From the NCBI GenBank assembly GCA_963842525.1, contig CAWJGT010000014.1:128001-192000 (forward strand): a DNA stretch of 64,000 nucleotides. Reading direction: 5' to 3'. Each line of letters begins with the position of its first letter. The first letter of the stretch is position 1. The notes beneath the pieces were generated by a model. That model searched no databases, was not told the origin of the DNA, and worked only from the letters and a program-made list of their open reading frames with translations. Position numbers and translations under genes: made by a program. The DNA is from an uncultured Holophagales bacterium. Lineage in GTDB: Bacteria; Acidobacteriota; Thermoanaerobaculia; Multivoradales; UBA5704. Positions 41,712 to 51,875 of the stretch are shown piece after piece.

Positions 41712-42107
41712 CTATTCCTGGGGAGACGGCTGGAAGAGATAGAGGGTGATGCCGTTGGGGTCCTGAACGCAGAAGGTGCGATGTCCCCAGCTCTGGGTCT
41801 TCAGCTCCTGGGAAATCTGCAGGCCGTTCTCGACGGACCGCCGGTGTTGCGCCTCGACGTCTTCGACCTCGATGACCATGAATGCGCCTTGGGGAGGCCT
41901 GTGATCCCAGAGGTGGGATGATGCGCCGCTCTCCGGCAGGGCCAGCACTTCGATGATCCCGGAGGCGGCGGCGAACAGGGTCCCGCGGTCGTCGCGATTG
42001 CGATCCCAGAATTCGAGGACGGGAAGCTCCAGGCCTTCGCGATAGAACACGACGGTCGCCTCGTACTTCGGCGTGAAATAGGCGAAACGGAACTCTCCTC
42101 GGCTCAT
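41712..42107 (-). CDS. VOC/glyoxalase family protein
   Basis: FYREGLEL, EVEDVE, WGHRTFCVQDPNG. Confidence 0.88.
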   Translation of the reverse strand: MSRGEFRFAYFTPKYEATVVFYREGLELPVLEFWDRNRDDRGTLFAAASGIIEVLALPESGASSHLWDHRPPQGAFMVIEVEDVEAQHRRSVENGLQISQELKTQSWGHRTFCVQDPNGITLYLFQPSPQE

Positions 42108-42116
42108 AGGACAATC

Positions 42117-42708
42117 CTAGAACAAGTCGTGCGCGGGCCAGGCCGAGATGCCCTCGATGTCCTTGATCCCCGATTTGGTGGTCATTGCTGCATGTGAGCC
42201 CGCGCTGAGGATGTCGGGCTTGGTCGGCAGGCCATCCACGCGGACCATGAAGCGCAGGAGGTCGGTAGGGGTGGCGATCCACCCGCCGTGGGAATCGAAG
42301 CGCCGCACGTTTGGCTTGTAGGACCTCGCAGGATAGTAGACGACCTCGCCCGGCTTGCGTTCGGCGAGGCTGTTGCCGGCGATCTGCATGCGGGTGATGC
42401 CGGCCTGGCTCAAGATGTGGTCACGGACGTACGTCTCGTACGGTTGACCGGTCACCTGCTCGACGATCCGCCCCAGGACGAGGACCGCGGTGAAGGGCTT
42501 CGACACGGCCGTCCTTGGTCAGTGCGATCGAGAGCCCCGGGATGCGGTGCCTGCTCCGGAACGCTTCAATCTTGGTGCGGATCAGGCTCAGATCTTTTTG
42601 ATTCCAGCCCTCTGTGCTCGCGGCATGGGTGTTGCCGGCCGACGTTGCGATCCAGATCAGGCAAGCCAAAAGGAACAGGCGGAGGGAAACAGGCGACTGT
42701 CTTGTCAT
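42117..42708 (-). pseudogene. Serine hydrolase (beta-lactamase-like) remnant with internal deletions
   Basis: Signal peptide plus IPGLSIA, then SKPFTA, then LGRIVEQVTGQPYE and DSHGGWIAT, with intervening segments absent. Confidence 0.7.
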
Positions 42709-42890
42709 GATGATGGGATCTTACCAGCAGGCGACGGCAAGCCGGCGAGATCCACGAAAGGACAGGATCAGACATGGAAGTCTCCTTGTCTCCAAAGTGG
42801 GCGCAAACGCGCCTTCCAGTCCCTCATCCCTGCCCACGAAATGGACGGTCCGGCTTCTCTCGCCGTATATCTGCCCGGGAGGTGGGAACG

Positions 42891-44318
42891 ATGCGTCGAA
42901 CCATTCTGGCCTGTTCCATCCTGGGTCTGGCCTTCGTGCCGCTCGCCGCACAGGCGGCCGTGCCGGCGAAGCCCAATATCGTCTTCATCACGTCGGACGA
43001 CCACCGGTGGGACGCTCTGGGAGCGGCGGGAAATCCCGCCATCCACACGCCGGTGCTCGACCGGCTGGCGGCGCGGGGGGTCTACTTCCGCCAGGCCACG
43101 ACGCACGTCTCCCAGTGCCTGCCGGTGCGGGCGACCCTGCTCACCGGCCTCACACCCCACCAGCACGGGGCCTACAGCAATCGGGGCCAGCGGCCGGAGG
43201 TGGCGCGGCCGGACGGCTTCCAAGGCCTGCCCACCGTGCCCGGGCTGCTGCGCGAGGCGGGGTACCGCACGCTGCTGGTGGGCAAATGGCACCTGGCCGC
43301 CGATCCGTGGCTCAGCGGCTTCTCCGAGGTCAAGACCTGGCTCCCCGCCGCCGGCGCTGACTACCGGAATCCCCTCCTGGCCCGCGGCAACAGCCGCAAG
43401 CTGGTCAAGACGAAAGGCCTCACCCAGCAGATCTTCGCCGACGACGCGGTGAGCTTCGTGCGCAGCCCCGCGGCGAAAGAGAAGCCGTTCTTCCTCTGGC
43501 TGGCCTTCACGGCTCCGCACATCCCCCTGGAGCCGAACTCGCCGGAGTCCAAGAAGCTCTATGCCGGCAAGGCCGCTGCCGACCTGCTGCCGCCGGGCTT
43601 CCCCAGGGGCATCCCCAGCGGCGACTGGCGCCACTACTACGAGGCGGTGAGCGAAATGGACCGGCAGGTCGGCCGCGTGGTGGCGGCGCTGGAAAAGGCC
43701 GGGCTCGCGGAGTCCACGGTGCTGGTCTTCCTGGGGGACAATGGCTTCATGATGGGCCAGCGAGGAGTCGGGGCCACCAAGGACGAACCCGGCAAGGTGG
43801 TGCCGTACGAGGGCTCGATCCGCGTCCCCCTGATCGTCCGGTCCCTTGGCAGGCAGGATCTCGCCGGCACGTCCGAGCTGCCGGCTTCGAGCCTGGACGT
43901 CCCCGCCACCCTGGTGGGGTTGGCCGGGGTCCGGCCGCCCGTCGCCTGGCCCGGCCGCGACCTCCTGGAGGCGCTGAGCCGTGATCCGAAGAACGGCCTG
44001 GAAGAGGCCTTCACCGAGTGGGCCGACGAGACGAGCGAGCGCTGGCCCGCCTACCGCCTGGTGCGCACGCCCCGGCACAAGCTCATCGTCTGGAAGGACC
44101 CCGCGAAGCCCGGCGAGCTTTACGACCTCACCGCCGATCCAGGCGAGGAGAAAAACCTTTTCGATCGCCCCGACGCCCAGGCGGTGCAGCGCGACCTCGA
44201 AGCTCGTCTGCGCGTCTGGATGGAGCGCACCCAGGACCCGGCCCGGCAGTGGCCGAAGCTCGCCGGCGCGAAGGCCGCGAGTGTAGAATTGCCCCATGAG
44301 CAATCCGATTGCCACTGA
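42891..44318 (+). CDS. Secreted sulfatase
   Basis: PNIVFITSDD, CLPVRATLLTG (CxPxR), GKWHL, GDNG. Confidence 0.92.
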   Translation: MRRTILACSILGLAFVPLAAQAAVPAKPNIVFITSDDHRWDALGAAGNPAIHTPVLDRLAARGVYFRQATTHVSQCLPVRATLLTGLTPHQHGAYSNRGQRPEVARPDGFQGLPTVPGLLREAGYRTLLVGKWHLAADPWLSGFSEVKTWLPAAGADYRNPLLARGNSRKLVKTKGLTQQIFADDAVSFVRSPAAKEKPFFLWLAFTAPHIPLEPNSPESKKLYAGKAAADLLPPGFPRGIPSGDWRHYYEAVSEMDRQVGRVVAALEKAGLAESTVLVFLGDNGFMMGQRGVGATKDEPGKVVPYEGSIRVPLIVRSLGRQDLAGTSELPASSLDVPATLVGLAGVRPPVAWPGRDLLEALSRDPKNGLEEAFTEWADETSERWPAYRLVRTPRHKLIVWKDPAKPGELYDLTADPGEEKNLFDRPDAQAVQRDLEARLRVWMERTQDPARQWPKLAGAKAASVELPHEQSDCH

Positions 44319-45144
44319 AAGCTCCGCGATCGAAAAGTTTCGCGCCCTGCATACGTCCGGGTGCTTCGTCCTGCCGAATCCCTGGGACGTGGGAACGGCG
44401 CTGTTCCTCCAGCATCTCGGGTTCGAGGCGCTGGCCACGACGTCCGCGGGCTTCGCCTTCACACGGGGATTGCCCGATGAAGTCTCGGCAATCCCACGGG
44501 ACGACATGCTCGCCCACATCCGCGACCTCGTGACGGCGACGCCTCTGCCAGTGAATGCGGATTTTCAGAACGGTTATGCGGACGAGCCCCAGGGAGTCGC
44601 CGCGAACGTGGCGCTCTGCGTCGCCACGGGCGTCGCCGGCCTGTCGATCGAGGATGCGACAGGCGAGCCTGCCGCTCCGCTCTACGAGCCTGGCCTCGCA
44701 GTCGAACGCATCAAGGCGGCCCGCGCGGCGATCGATGCGACGGGGATCCCCGTGGTCCTCACGGCGCGTTGCGAAGCCTGGCTGGTTGGACACCCGAACC
44801 CTCTCCGCACGGCCGTCGAGCGGCTCGTCGCCTATGCCGAGGCAGGCGCCGATTGTTTATACGCCCCCCGCGTCCTCGAGCCTGAAGAGATTCAGGAGAT
44901 CGTGAAGGCGGTGTCGCCGAAGCCGGTCAACGTCCTGGTGTCCGCACCGAGCGAGGAGCTCTCCGTCGCCCGGCTCACCGACCTTGGCGTACGTCGAATC
45001 TCCGTCGGCTCCGCCTTGGCGCGTGCCGCCTGGGGGGCCTTCATTCGCGCCGCGCGCGGGATCGCCACGACCGGTACCTTCGACGATCTGGCGGGCGCGG
45101 CGTCGTTCGCCGAGCTGAATACCCTCTTCCAGAATCGCGACTGA
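44296..45144 (+). CDS. Isocitrate lyase/PEP mutase family protein
   Basis: LPNPWD, ATTSAG, PVNADFQNGY, SIED, AGADCLYAP, RISVGS. Confidence 0.92.
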   Translation: MSNPIATESSAIEKFRALHTSGCFVLPNPWDVGTALFLQHLGFEALATTSAGFAFTRGLPDEVSAIPRDDMLAHIRDLVTATPLPVNADFQNGYADEPQGVAANVALCVATGVAGLSIEDATGEPAAPLYEPGLAVERIKAARAAIDATGIPVVLTARCEAWLVGHPNPLRTAVERLVAYAEAGADCLYAPRVLEPEEIQEIVKAVSPKPVNVLVSAPSEELSVARLTDLGVRRISVGSALARAAWGAFIRAARGIATTGTFDDLAGAASFAELNTLFQNRD

Positions 45145-45237
45145 GGCGGCCCCGTGGTACCATGGAGCGGCAAGAGTTGCGTCCCGGTGGGTGTTCGTGC
45201 TCTGATAGCGCGATCCGTCGGGGAAAGGCAGGCATCC

Positions 45238-45957
45238 ATGGCCGCGATTCCGCTCGAACAGGAGATCGACTACCCCACCTCCGACGGCCAGCCCATGGCC
45301 GAGACCACCCTCCACCGGAAGGTCATGTCCGACCTCATCGAAGGTCTGGAGACCCGCTACGCCGCGGTCCCGGACGTCTGGGTTGGGGGCAACCTCTTCC
45401 TCTACCACGAGAGGGGAAACCGCTCGGCTGTCGTCGCTCCGGACGTCCTGATGGTCAGGGGCGTCGCCAAGTGGGACCGCGACACCTACATGCTGTGGGA
45501 GGAGGGGGTGCCGCCCTGCCTGGTGATCGAGGTGACCTCCCGGAGCACCAAGGACGAGGACGAGGGGACGAAGAAGCGCAAGTATCAGGAGATCGCGGTG
45601 GAGGAGCTCGTGCTCTTCGATCCCTACGGCGAGTATCTCCGGCCGAACCGGCTCAAGGGCTACCGTCTTGAAAACGGGCGGTACCGGCCGATACGCCTCG
45701 AAAAGGACGGCTCGCTCGTCAGCCGCACCACTGGCCTGACGTTGCGGCCCGAGGGTTTGCGCTTGCGCCTGGTGGATACTGTCACAGGCGAGCGGTTGCC
45801 CTGGCACGAAGAGCTTGAAGAGGCCCGCATGCGGGCCGAGGAGCGCGCCCGAAACGCCCAGGAGCGCGCCGCAGAAGAGGCTGTGGCACGGCAGGCTGCG
45901 GAAGAGCGTCTTCGGGTCCTGGAACAGGAGCTGGACCGGCTCCGCCGCCAAGGCTGA
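45238..45957 (+). CDS. Uma2 family (DUF820) endonuclease
   Basis: YPTSDGQPMAE, APDV, VIEVTSRST, FDP; coiled-coil tail. Confidence 0.9.
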   Translation: MAAIPLEQEIDYPTSDGQPMAETTLHRKVMSDLIEGLETRYAAVPDVWVGGNLFLYHERGNRSAVVAPDVLMVRGVAKWDRDTYMLWEEGVPPCLVIEVTSRSTKDEDEGTKKRKYQEIAVEELVLFDPYGEYLRPNRLKGYRLENGRYRPIRLEKDGSLVSRTTGLTLRPEGLRLRLVDTVTGERLPWHEELEEARMRAEERARNAQERAAEEAVARQAAEERLRVLEQELDRLRRQG

Positions 45958-45969
45958 GCCGGTTTTCCC

Positions 45970-47958
45970 TCAAGCCGTCCCTTGCACCGGCACGCCGCGC
46001 TCCTGCGGCGACTCTTCCTGCGAAGCCCCGCAGAGATACGACCAGGAGAGCCCCAGGCCGAGCAGGAGGGCCGCCAGGCCTGTGAAGGCCGGCAGGAGGT
46101 GCACCAGGCTCCGGTAGCCGACCGTGTAGTGGATGCCGAGAGCGGCGGCATAGGCGGAGAGGCCGGCGATCAGCAGCGACCACCAGAGCCAGGCCGAGCC
46201 CTTTCGGAAGCCCCACAGCACGGGCAACAGGAAGACCCAGCCGCTCGCCAGGAGCATGCCGCCCAACGTCGCGCGGTCGTGGGCGACCAGCGGCACCAGG
46301 CGCGCATTGGCCTCCTCCAGCACCCGGGCGGTCGTGCCCATGAACTCCAGGTCCTGGATGACGAAGACCTCCGTGATGCCGATCGCCGAGATGAACACCC
46401 CGGCGCCGAGGAGGCCGCAGCCGTGGACGATCAGCAGGAGCTGCCCCCACAGGCTTCGCCGCCAGGCGCGGTCGCTACGCAGAGGGGGTGCGATGTCCGG
46501 CGTCCAGGTCCCCAGGCGGGAGTGGAGCCCAAGCAGGAGGAGCTGCAGGAGCACCGCGGTCACGAAGGCGTGGAACGTGTCCAGATAGCCGAACCCCAGG
46601 AAGAGGAAGAAGCTCAGAAACCCTGTAGCCGCCGACACGAACACCGACTGCTGCGCCCAATGATGGCCGCGGCGGACGCCAAAGAGCGACAGCCCGACGT
46701 ACATCACGCCGATGGCGATCATGGTGCCGGCCAGGCTCACGCGGTCGTGCGCCATGAAGTCGAGCAATCGATGATTGACTGCCGCCAGCTCGTGCCGGTG
46801 CATGCCGACGAAGGCTTCGTCGTACGGCAGCACGACCCGGGTCAGGGCGATGGCCAGGGCCAGAAGGCTGCCGAACAGCATCCCGGTGCCGAGCAGGGCG
46901 GTCCAGAACCAGGTCATCTCCGGCGCCCGCTCGGGAGGGGCCGGCACATCTGCGCCCCGCGTCGTTGCGAAGAGCAGGGCGTCGTTGATCCGCTTGGGCA
47001 GACCGGGGCCGGTATAGACCAGTCCGCTGTCCACCTGCACCAGGTCCGCTCCGGCGGCGCGCAAGGCCAGGGCTTCCGCCGGCTCGTGGACGCCGCCGGA
47101 CGCGATGAGAAACAGGCCCGGACCGAACCGCGCCCGCCAATGGCGAACCTGCTCCAGGGCGGGCTCGCGGGCCGGCCCGCCGATCATCCGACCGTCCGGC
47201 TCGGCCTTCACACTGCCATCGACGAGCAACCCTGCCAATCCCGCAGCCACGGCGGCCTCGACCAGCGGACCGACCCCGCTCCGGTCGAGGTCGGCCGGCA
47301 GGGCCAGCAGCACCGCCCGGGGCGGCGTGGCGGCCTGCGCGGCCTCGATCACGGTCCGCACATGAGCTTCCCATTCTTCGCCGGACCAGCCCGCAGCCAG
47401 GGCCGTCCCCAGGGTGTGCAGCGAAAAGAGAGAAACATGCGGTGCGAGCTCCTGGATCATCCGCCCTTGCCCCTGGGCGGATTGAGCCGCTGTGACCCCG
47501 TTCCCGGCGCCCAGCCGGGCGATCACAGGGAGCCCCAGACGGGACGCTTCGGCAAAACGCGGCGCCACCTCTGCAAGGCGCAGGCTTGCCGGCGGATCGG
47601 GGGACCAGAGGGCTTCCTGCTCCGCCCGCCGTGCGATGGGCCTGGCGGCGGACTGCCCCTCCATTGTGATCGGCCCGACCTCCAAGAAACCGAACCCGAA
47701 CCGCGCCAGCGCCGGCAGAGCGACCGCATTGGCGTCAAGCCCCGGCCCAAGACCCACCGTCGTGGGGAAGTCGATGCCAAGGAAGCTTTGCCGCAGCCGG
47801 GGATCGGCCCGCATGTGCCCCAGGAAGTCGATGACCGCCGGTCCGAACGGCAGCCGCGCGAGCCGGCCCAGGAAACCCAGGGTGAAGTTGCGCGCCGGGA
47901 CGGCCGGCACCCGGAAAAGCAGGGGTTGCGTCACGGTCCGATAAAACCAGTCCGGCAT
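45970..47958 (-). CDS. Dihydroorotate dehydrogenase-like domain fused to a multi-TM domain
   Basis: GFGFLEVGPIT, IASGGV, AGADLVQV..GP; C-terminal TM domain with two AHDR motifs. Confidence 0.75.
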   Translation of the reverse strand: MPDWFYRTVTQPLLFRVPAVPARNFTLGFLGRLARLPFGPAVIDFLGHMRADPRLRQSFLGIDFPTTVGLGPGLDANAVALPALARFGFGFLEVGPITMEGQSAARPIARRAEQEALWSPDPPASLRLAEVAPRFAEASRLGLPVIARLGAGNGVTAAQSAQGQGRMIQELAPHVSLFSLHTLGTALAAGWSGEEWEAHVRTVIEAAQAATPPRAVLLALPADLDRSGVGPLVEAAVAAGLAGLLVDGSVKAEPDGRMIGGPAREPALEQVRHWRARFGPGLFLIASGGVHEPAEALALRAAGADLVQVDSGLVYTGPGLPKRINDALLFATTRGADVPAPPERAPEMTWFWTALLGTGMLFGSLLALAIALTRVVLPYDEAFVGMHRHELAAVNHRLLDFMAHDRVSLAGTMIAIGVMYVGLSLFGVRRGHHWAQQSVFVSAATGFLSFFLFLGFGYLDTFHAFVTAVLLQLLLLGLHSRLGTWTPDIAPPLRSDRAWRRSLWGQLLLIVHGCGLLGAGVFISAIGITEVFVIQDLEFMGTTARVLEEANARLVPLVAHDRATLGGMLLASGWVFLLPVLWGFRKGSAWLWWSLLIAGLSAYAAALGIHYTVGYRSLVHLLPAFTGLAALLLGLGLSWSYLCGASQEESPQERGVPVQGTA

Positions 47959-48018
47959 GTCTCCTCCGTGGTCCGAATCTCCCGCAGCTCTATCCTGGAC
48001 TCATCCCTGGTGCCGCAT

Positions 48019-48438
48019 CTACTCCCATGGATTGATCAGCCTTACTCCGGAAGGCGCGAAATCGTCTTGATCTCGTGTCACGACCACAAGATCGTGGTGC
48101 AAGGCTGTGGCGGCAATCAGAGAGTCGATCAATGGCATCGGCGCTCCTTTCGCCTCCACCTTGCTGATCAAGGTGCCCCACGCCAGCATTTCCCCGATCT
48201 CTAGCGGCAACAGGCGGTCATGGAATCGGACGAGGAGATCCTCCTTCAGCCATGTCCGCAACGCTTCCTTCCGCTTGGAAGCGGGCAGCTTTTCAATTCC
48301 CTTCTGGATCTCGCCGAGTGTGACCACGCTGAGGAAGACCGTTTCAGGATCGAGCTTGGCGAGCCAGTTGACCACTTTTCCGGTGGGCTGCGGCGCGACA
48401 AACTCCGAGATGACGCAGGTGTCGAGCAGGTAATTCAT
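48019..48438 (-). CDS. vapC: VapC PIN-domain toxin
   Basis: YLLDTCVISE, SVVTLGEI..G, DSLIAATA, VTRD..DF. Confidence 0.92.
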   Translation of the reverse strand: MNYLLDTCVISEFVAPQPTGKVVNWLAKLDPETVFLSVVTLGEIQKGIEKLPASKRKEALRTWLKEDLLVRFHDRLLPLEIGEMLAWGTLISKVEAKGAPMPLIDSLIAATALHHDLVVVTRDQDDFAPSGVRLINPWE

Positions 48439-48689
48439 AAGGAAATATCGCGGCCGGCCAAACGACGGTCTCGTTTCAGATCGAGGTCCGAGCCCCGCAG
48501 CGGCGACTCCAGAAAGAATTGCGCGAGATTGGTCCGGCTCTTTTTCAGGGTGAGGTACTCTTCGTAGGAGAGGACGACCGCAACCTCGGCACCCCGCCGG
48601 GAAATGACTTGAGGGCCATGCTGGATCGCTTCCTCGACCACTTCGCTGAGCTTGTTCTTTGCTTCCTGGAGCTGCCACACTCGGGCCAT
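48435..48689 (-). CDS. Phd/YefM antitoxin
   Basis: WQLQEAKNKLSEVV..GPQVISRRG..AVVLS. Confidence 0.92.
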   Translation of the reverse strand: MARVWQLQEAKNKLSEVVEEAIQHGPQVISRRGAEVAVVLSYEEYLTLKKSRTNLAQFFLESPLRGSDLDLKRDRRLAGRDISL

Positions 48690-48786
48690 CGCATACCTCC
48701 TGTCCAGACGGTCTAGATTGTACCATGCCTAGGGAAACCGCCCCGCGGGCGAGATTCGAGCCAGACCGTCTACAATCCCCTGCGGT

Positions 48787-49641
48787 ATGTCGCCTCCGTC
48801 CAAACACCGCATCGCACTCCCTGATCCGCCCGTCCCCCCGTTCGAGACCCGCTGGCAGCGCTGGCGGCGCAAGCGCCGCACCTGGCTGCTCCGGCGGTTC
48901 GACCGCACCATCCTCTCGCTCTACCGGCTGATCCACTGGCTGGACCGCAAGGCACCGCTGGAGAAGCGCTATTTCCGGGTGGCGATCTTCGGGTCGAGCC
49001 GCATCCAGGAAAACGATGCCACCTATGCCAAGGTGCGCGAGCTGGCGCGCCAGCTCTCCTGGATGGGGTGCGACATCGTGACCGGCGGCGGTCCCGGCCT
49101 GATGCGCGCCGCCAACGAAGGGGCCCGCGATGGCGCCTACCGCCACAAGACCCGGTCCTTCGGCCTGACCATCCTCCTCCCCATGGAGGAGCAACCGAAC
49201 CCGTTCCTCGACGAGGTGGCCCAGCACTCGACGTTCTTCTCCCGCCTCCACCAGTTCCTCCGCCTGTCCCACGCCTACATCGTGGTGGACGGCGGCATCG
49301 GCACGACGCTCGAGGCGACCATGGTCTTTCAGCTCCTGCAGGTACGGATGCTGCGCGACCGGCCGCTGATCTTCGTGGGGCCGATGTGGCGCGGCCTGCG
49401 AACCTGGGTGGAATCCGAGATCGTCGGGCGGGGCCTGGCCTCCCCGGCCGACCTCGACGTCGCCGTCTGGGTCGATAACATCGAGCAGGCGCTGGAAGTG
49501 GTGCGCGAGGCCCGCGACGACTTCCTCCGGCGGCACAAGGTGATCCTCCCTCCGGTGCGCGAGACATCGGGCGAGGAGGAGGCCCCTCACCCCCAGCCCC
49601 TCTCCCCTCCGCCCTCGCAGACCGCCGGGAGAGGGGAGTGA
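48787..49641 (+). CDS. LOG family protein
   Basis: VAIFGSSR, TGGGPGLMRAANEGA, FFSRL, GGIGTTLE. Confidence 0.88.
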   Translation: MSPPSKHRIALPDPPVPPFETRWQRWRRKRRTWLLRRFDRTILSLYRLIHWLDRKAPLEKRYFRVAIFGSSRIQENDATYAKVRELARQLSWMGCDIVTGGGPGLMRAANEGARDGAYRHKTRSFGLTILLPMEEQPNPFLDEVAQHSTFFSRLHQFLRLSHAYIVVDGGIGTTLEATMVFQLLQVRMLRDRPLIFVGPMWRGLRTWVESEIVGRGLASPADLDVAVWVDNIEQALEVVREARDDFLRRHKVILPPVRETSGEEEAPHPQPLSPPPSQTAGRGE

Positions 49642-49790
49642 CCGGCATGAAGCTTGCTGCGCGGGCGGCGGGGGGACGTGTATCCTCAAGAGCGGGCAAG
49701 CACCGTGCCAATATGGCCGGTCGATTGGCAGACGGAGCCGCATCATGACGCCTGCCCGGCACCGATCGTAGACGTTCACAGGGAGCGCGC

Positions 49791-50519
49791 ATGGGTCTGA
49801 TCTCGTTTCTGTTCTTCCAGTTGGGACCCGAGCCCCAGGGGCAGGGCCTGCTTCGTTTTTTCCTGGAGTCCGGGCCGATGGCGAAGTTCATCCTCGCCAT
49901 CCTGGCCCTGTTCTCGGTCGCCTCCTGGGCGATCATGATCGGCAAGCTCGTGCAGCTCCGCCGGGCCGACCAGCAGAACGAGAAGCTCCTCGAGGCCTTC
50001 CACCGCAGCCAGCGCTTCAGCGAGGTCAACTCGCAGGCCGGCAAGCTCCGCGCATCGCCTCTGGTGGGGATCTTCCAGGCCGGCTATGCGGAGATCGACA
50101 GCCAGATCAAGAACGCTCCCGAGCCGCCGGGCGGCGAGCGGAAGGTCTACAAGATCACCTCGCTGCCCGCCCTGCAGCGCACCTTGAACCGGGCCGCCGG
50201 CGTCGAGCTCCAGGGGATCACCCGCTGGATCCCGTTCCTCGCCACCACCGCGTCGGCGACGCCGTTCATCGGCCTATTCGGCACGGTCTGGGGAATCATG
50301 GTGGCCTTCGACACCATCGGCCTGACCGGCTCGACCTCGATCGTCGCGGTCGCTCCCGGCATTGCCGAGGCGCTGATCAACACGGCGGCAGGCCTGGGCG
50401 CGGCCATCCCCGCGCTCATCGGCTACAACTACTTCACACAGCGCATCCGCCGCATCCGCGCCCGCCTGGAGGACTTCATCCTCGAATTCTTGAACCTGGC
50501 GGAACGGAACTTCACCTAG
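49791..50519 (+). CDS. tolQ: TolQ (MotA/TolQ/ExbB)
   Basis: PFIGLFGTVWGIM, VAPGIAEALINTAAGL. Confidence 0.93.
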   Translation: MGLISFLFFQLGPEPQGQGLLRFFLESGPMAKFILAILALFSVASWAIMIGKLVQLRRADQQNEKLLEAFHRSQRFSEVNSQAGKLRASPLVGIFQAGYAEIDSQIKNAPEPPGGERKVYKITSLPALQRTLNRAAGVELQGITRWIPFLATTASATPFIGLFGTVWGIMVAFDTIGLTGSTSIVAVAPGIAEALINTAAGLGAAIPALIGYNYFTQRIRRIRARLEDFILEFLNLAERNFT

Positions 50520-50531
50520 AGGGGGGCTGGA

Positions 50532-50990
50532 ATGGCGTTTCAGGTGGGTGATAGCAACGGCGGTACCGGCGGCATTGGCGGGGACGACGATCCGGTGATG
50601 GCCGACATCAACGTCACGCCGTTGGTCGACGTGATGCTGGTGCTGCTCATCATCTTCATGATCGCGGCCCCCATGCTCCACCAGGGGATCGAGGTGGCCC
50701 TGCCGCGCGCCGAGGCCGCCAACCTCCCCATGCGCGTCGAGGATCCGCTGGTGATCTCGATCAACCGCGACGGCGCCCTGTTCCTGCGCGAGACCCCCGT
50801 CGAGGTGGAAGACCTGGTCGACCAGGTGAAGGCCCAGGTCGAGGCACGGGAGGACGACTCGGTCTTCCTCAAGGGAGACCGGGAGGTCTCCTACGGCAAG
50901 GTGATCGAGGTGCTCGACGTCCTCCACCGCGGCGGCATCGTGCACGTCGGCATGGTCACGGACCGGCCGAAGAGGCGCGGCGGCGCATGA
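50532..50990 (+). CDS. tolR: TolR (ExbD/TolR)
   Basis: INVTPLVDVMLVLLIIFM. Confidence 0.93.
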   Translation: MAFQVGDSNGGTGGIGGDDDPVMADINVTPLVDVMLVLLIIFMIAAPMLHQGIEVALPRAEAANLPMRVEDPLVISINRDGALFLRETPVEVEDLVDQVKAQVEAREDDSVFLKGDREVSYGKVIEVLDVLHRGGIVHVGMVTDRPKRRGGA

Positions 50991-51835
50991 GCCGCGAGGT
51001 CGATCGCATCCTGACCGCGCGCTCGCGGCGCGAAGGGCACCGGCCCGAGGCCGCGAGCTTTGGGGCGGCGCTGCTGCTCCACGCCCTGGTGGCGGCGACC
51101 GTCCTGCTCCTCCCCCGACTGCAGCCGCCGCCACCGCCGCTCGAGTTCGTGCCGGTGCAGATCATCCCGGCCCAGGCGCTGGGGGTGCGCCGCCCCGCCC
51201 CACCGCGCCGGCGCAAGCCTGAGCCGGTGGCCGAGGAACAGAAGGCCGCGGAACCAGAACCGCCTGCTCCCGAGCCCGAAAAGCCGGAGGTGAAGCCGCC
51301 CGAGCCCGCCCGCGAGGAGGCTCCGGTGCTGCCGGACGAGACCGAGAAGAAGCCGCCGAAGAAGCCAGAGCCGCCCCAGCCGGAGAATCCCCGGACAGGG
51401 AAGGCCGAGACCGGCACGAAGCCCGAGGCCGGCAAGCCGGGCTCCGAGGGCACTGCCGGGGTCGCCCCGGGCGAGACGGGCGACCAGCTCGGCCGGCGCG
51501 GCGCCGCGACCGGCAATCCCCTCGGCACCTCCGTCTTCGGCAACCGGATCGGGGTCGACAACCCGGACTTCACCTACGGCTACTACCTCGACCGCCTGTT
51601 GTCGCTGATCGACGCCAACTGGCAGCGGCCGTCCATGGGCAGCGGCGTGCGGACCGTCCTCTTCTTTCGCATCGAGCGGGACGGCACCGTGGCCGAGCTG
51701 CGGGTGGCCGAGTCCTCGGGCTACAATTCGTTTGATCTGGCGGCTCTGCGCGCGGTGCAGAACGCCGCTCCGTTTCCTCCCCTGCCGAGGGCGTACCGTA
51801 ACGACTCCCTCGGGGTCAACCTGATCGTGTACTAG
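50987..51835 (+). CDS. tolA: TolA/TonB-like energy transducer
   Basis: TM with His, Pro/Glu/Lys-rich linker, TonB_C-like SSG..FDLAALRAV..PFPPLP. Confidence 0.8.
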   Translation: MSREVDRILTARSRREGHRPEAASFGAALLLHALVAATVLLLPRLQPPPPPLEFVPVQIIPAQALGVRRPAPPRRRKPEPVAEEQKAAEPEPPAPEPEKPEVKPPEPAREEAPVLPDETEKKPPKKPEPPQPENPRTGKAETGTKPEAGKPGSEGTAGVAPGETGDQLGRRGAATGNPLGTSVFGNRIGVDNPDFTYGYYLDRLLSLIDANWQRPSMGSGVRTVLFFRIERDGTVAELRVAESSGYNSFDLAALRAVQNAAPFPPLPRAYRNDSLGVNLIVY

Positions 51836-51875
51836 GCCCTGTAACAGATCGACCTGAAAGCTCGTCAGAGGTGAC

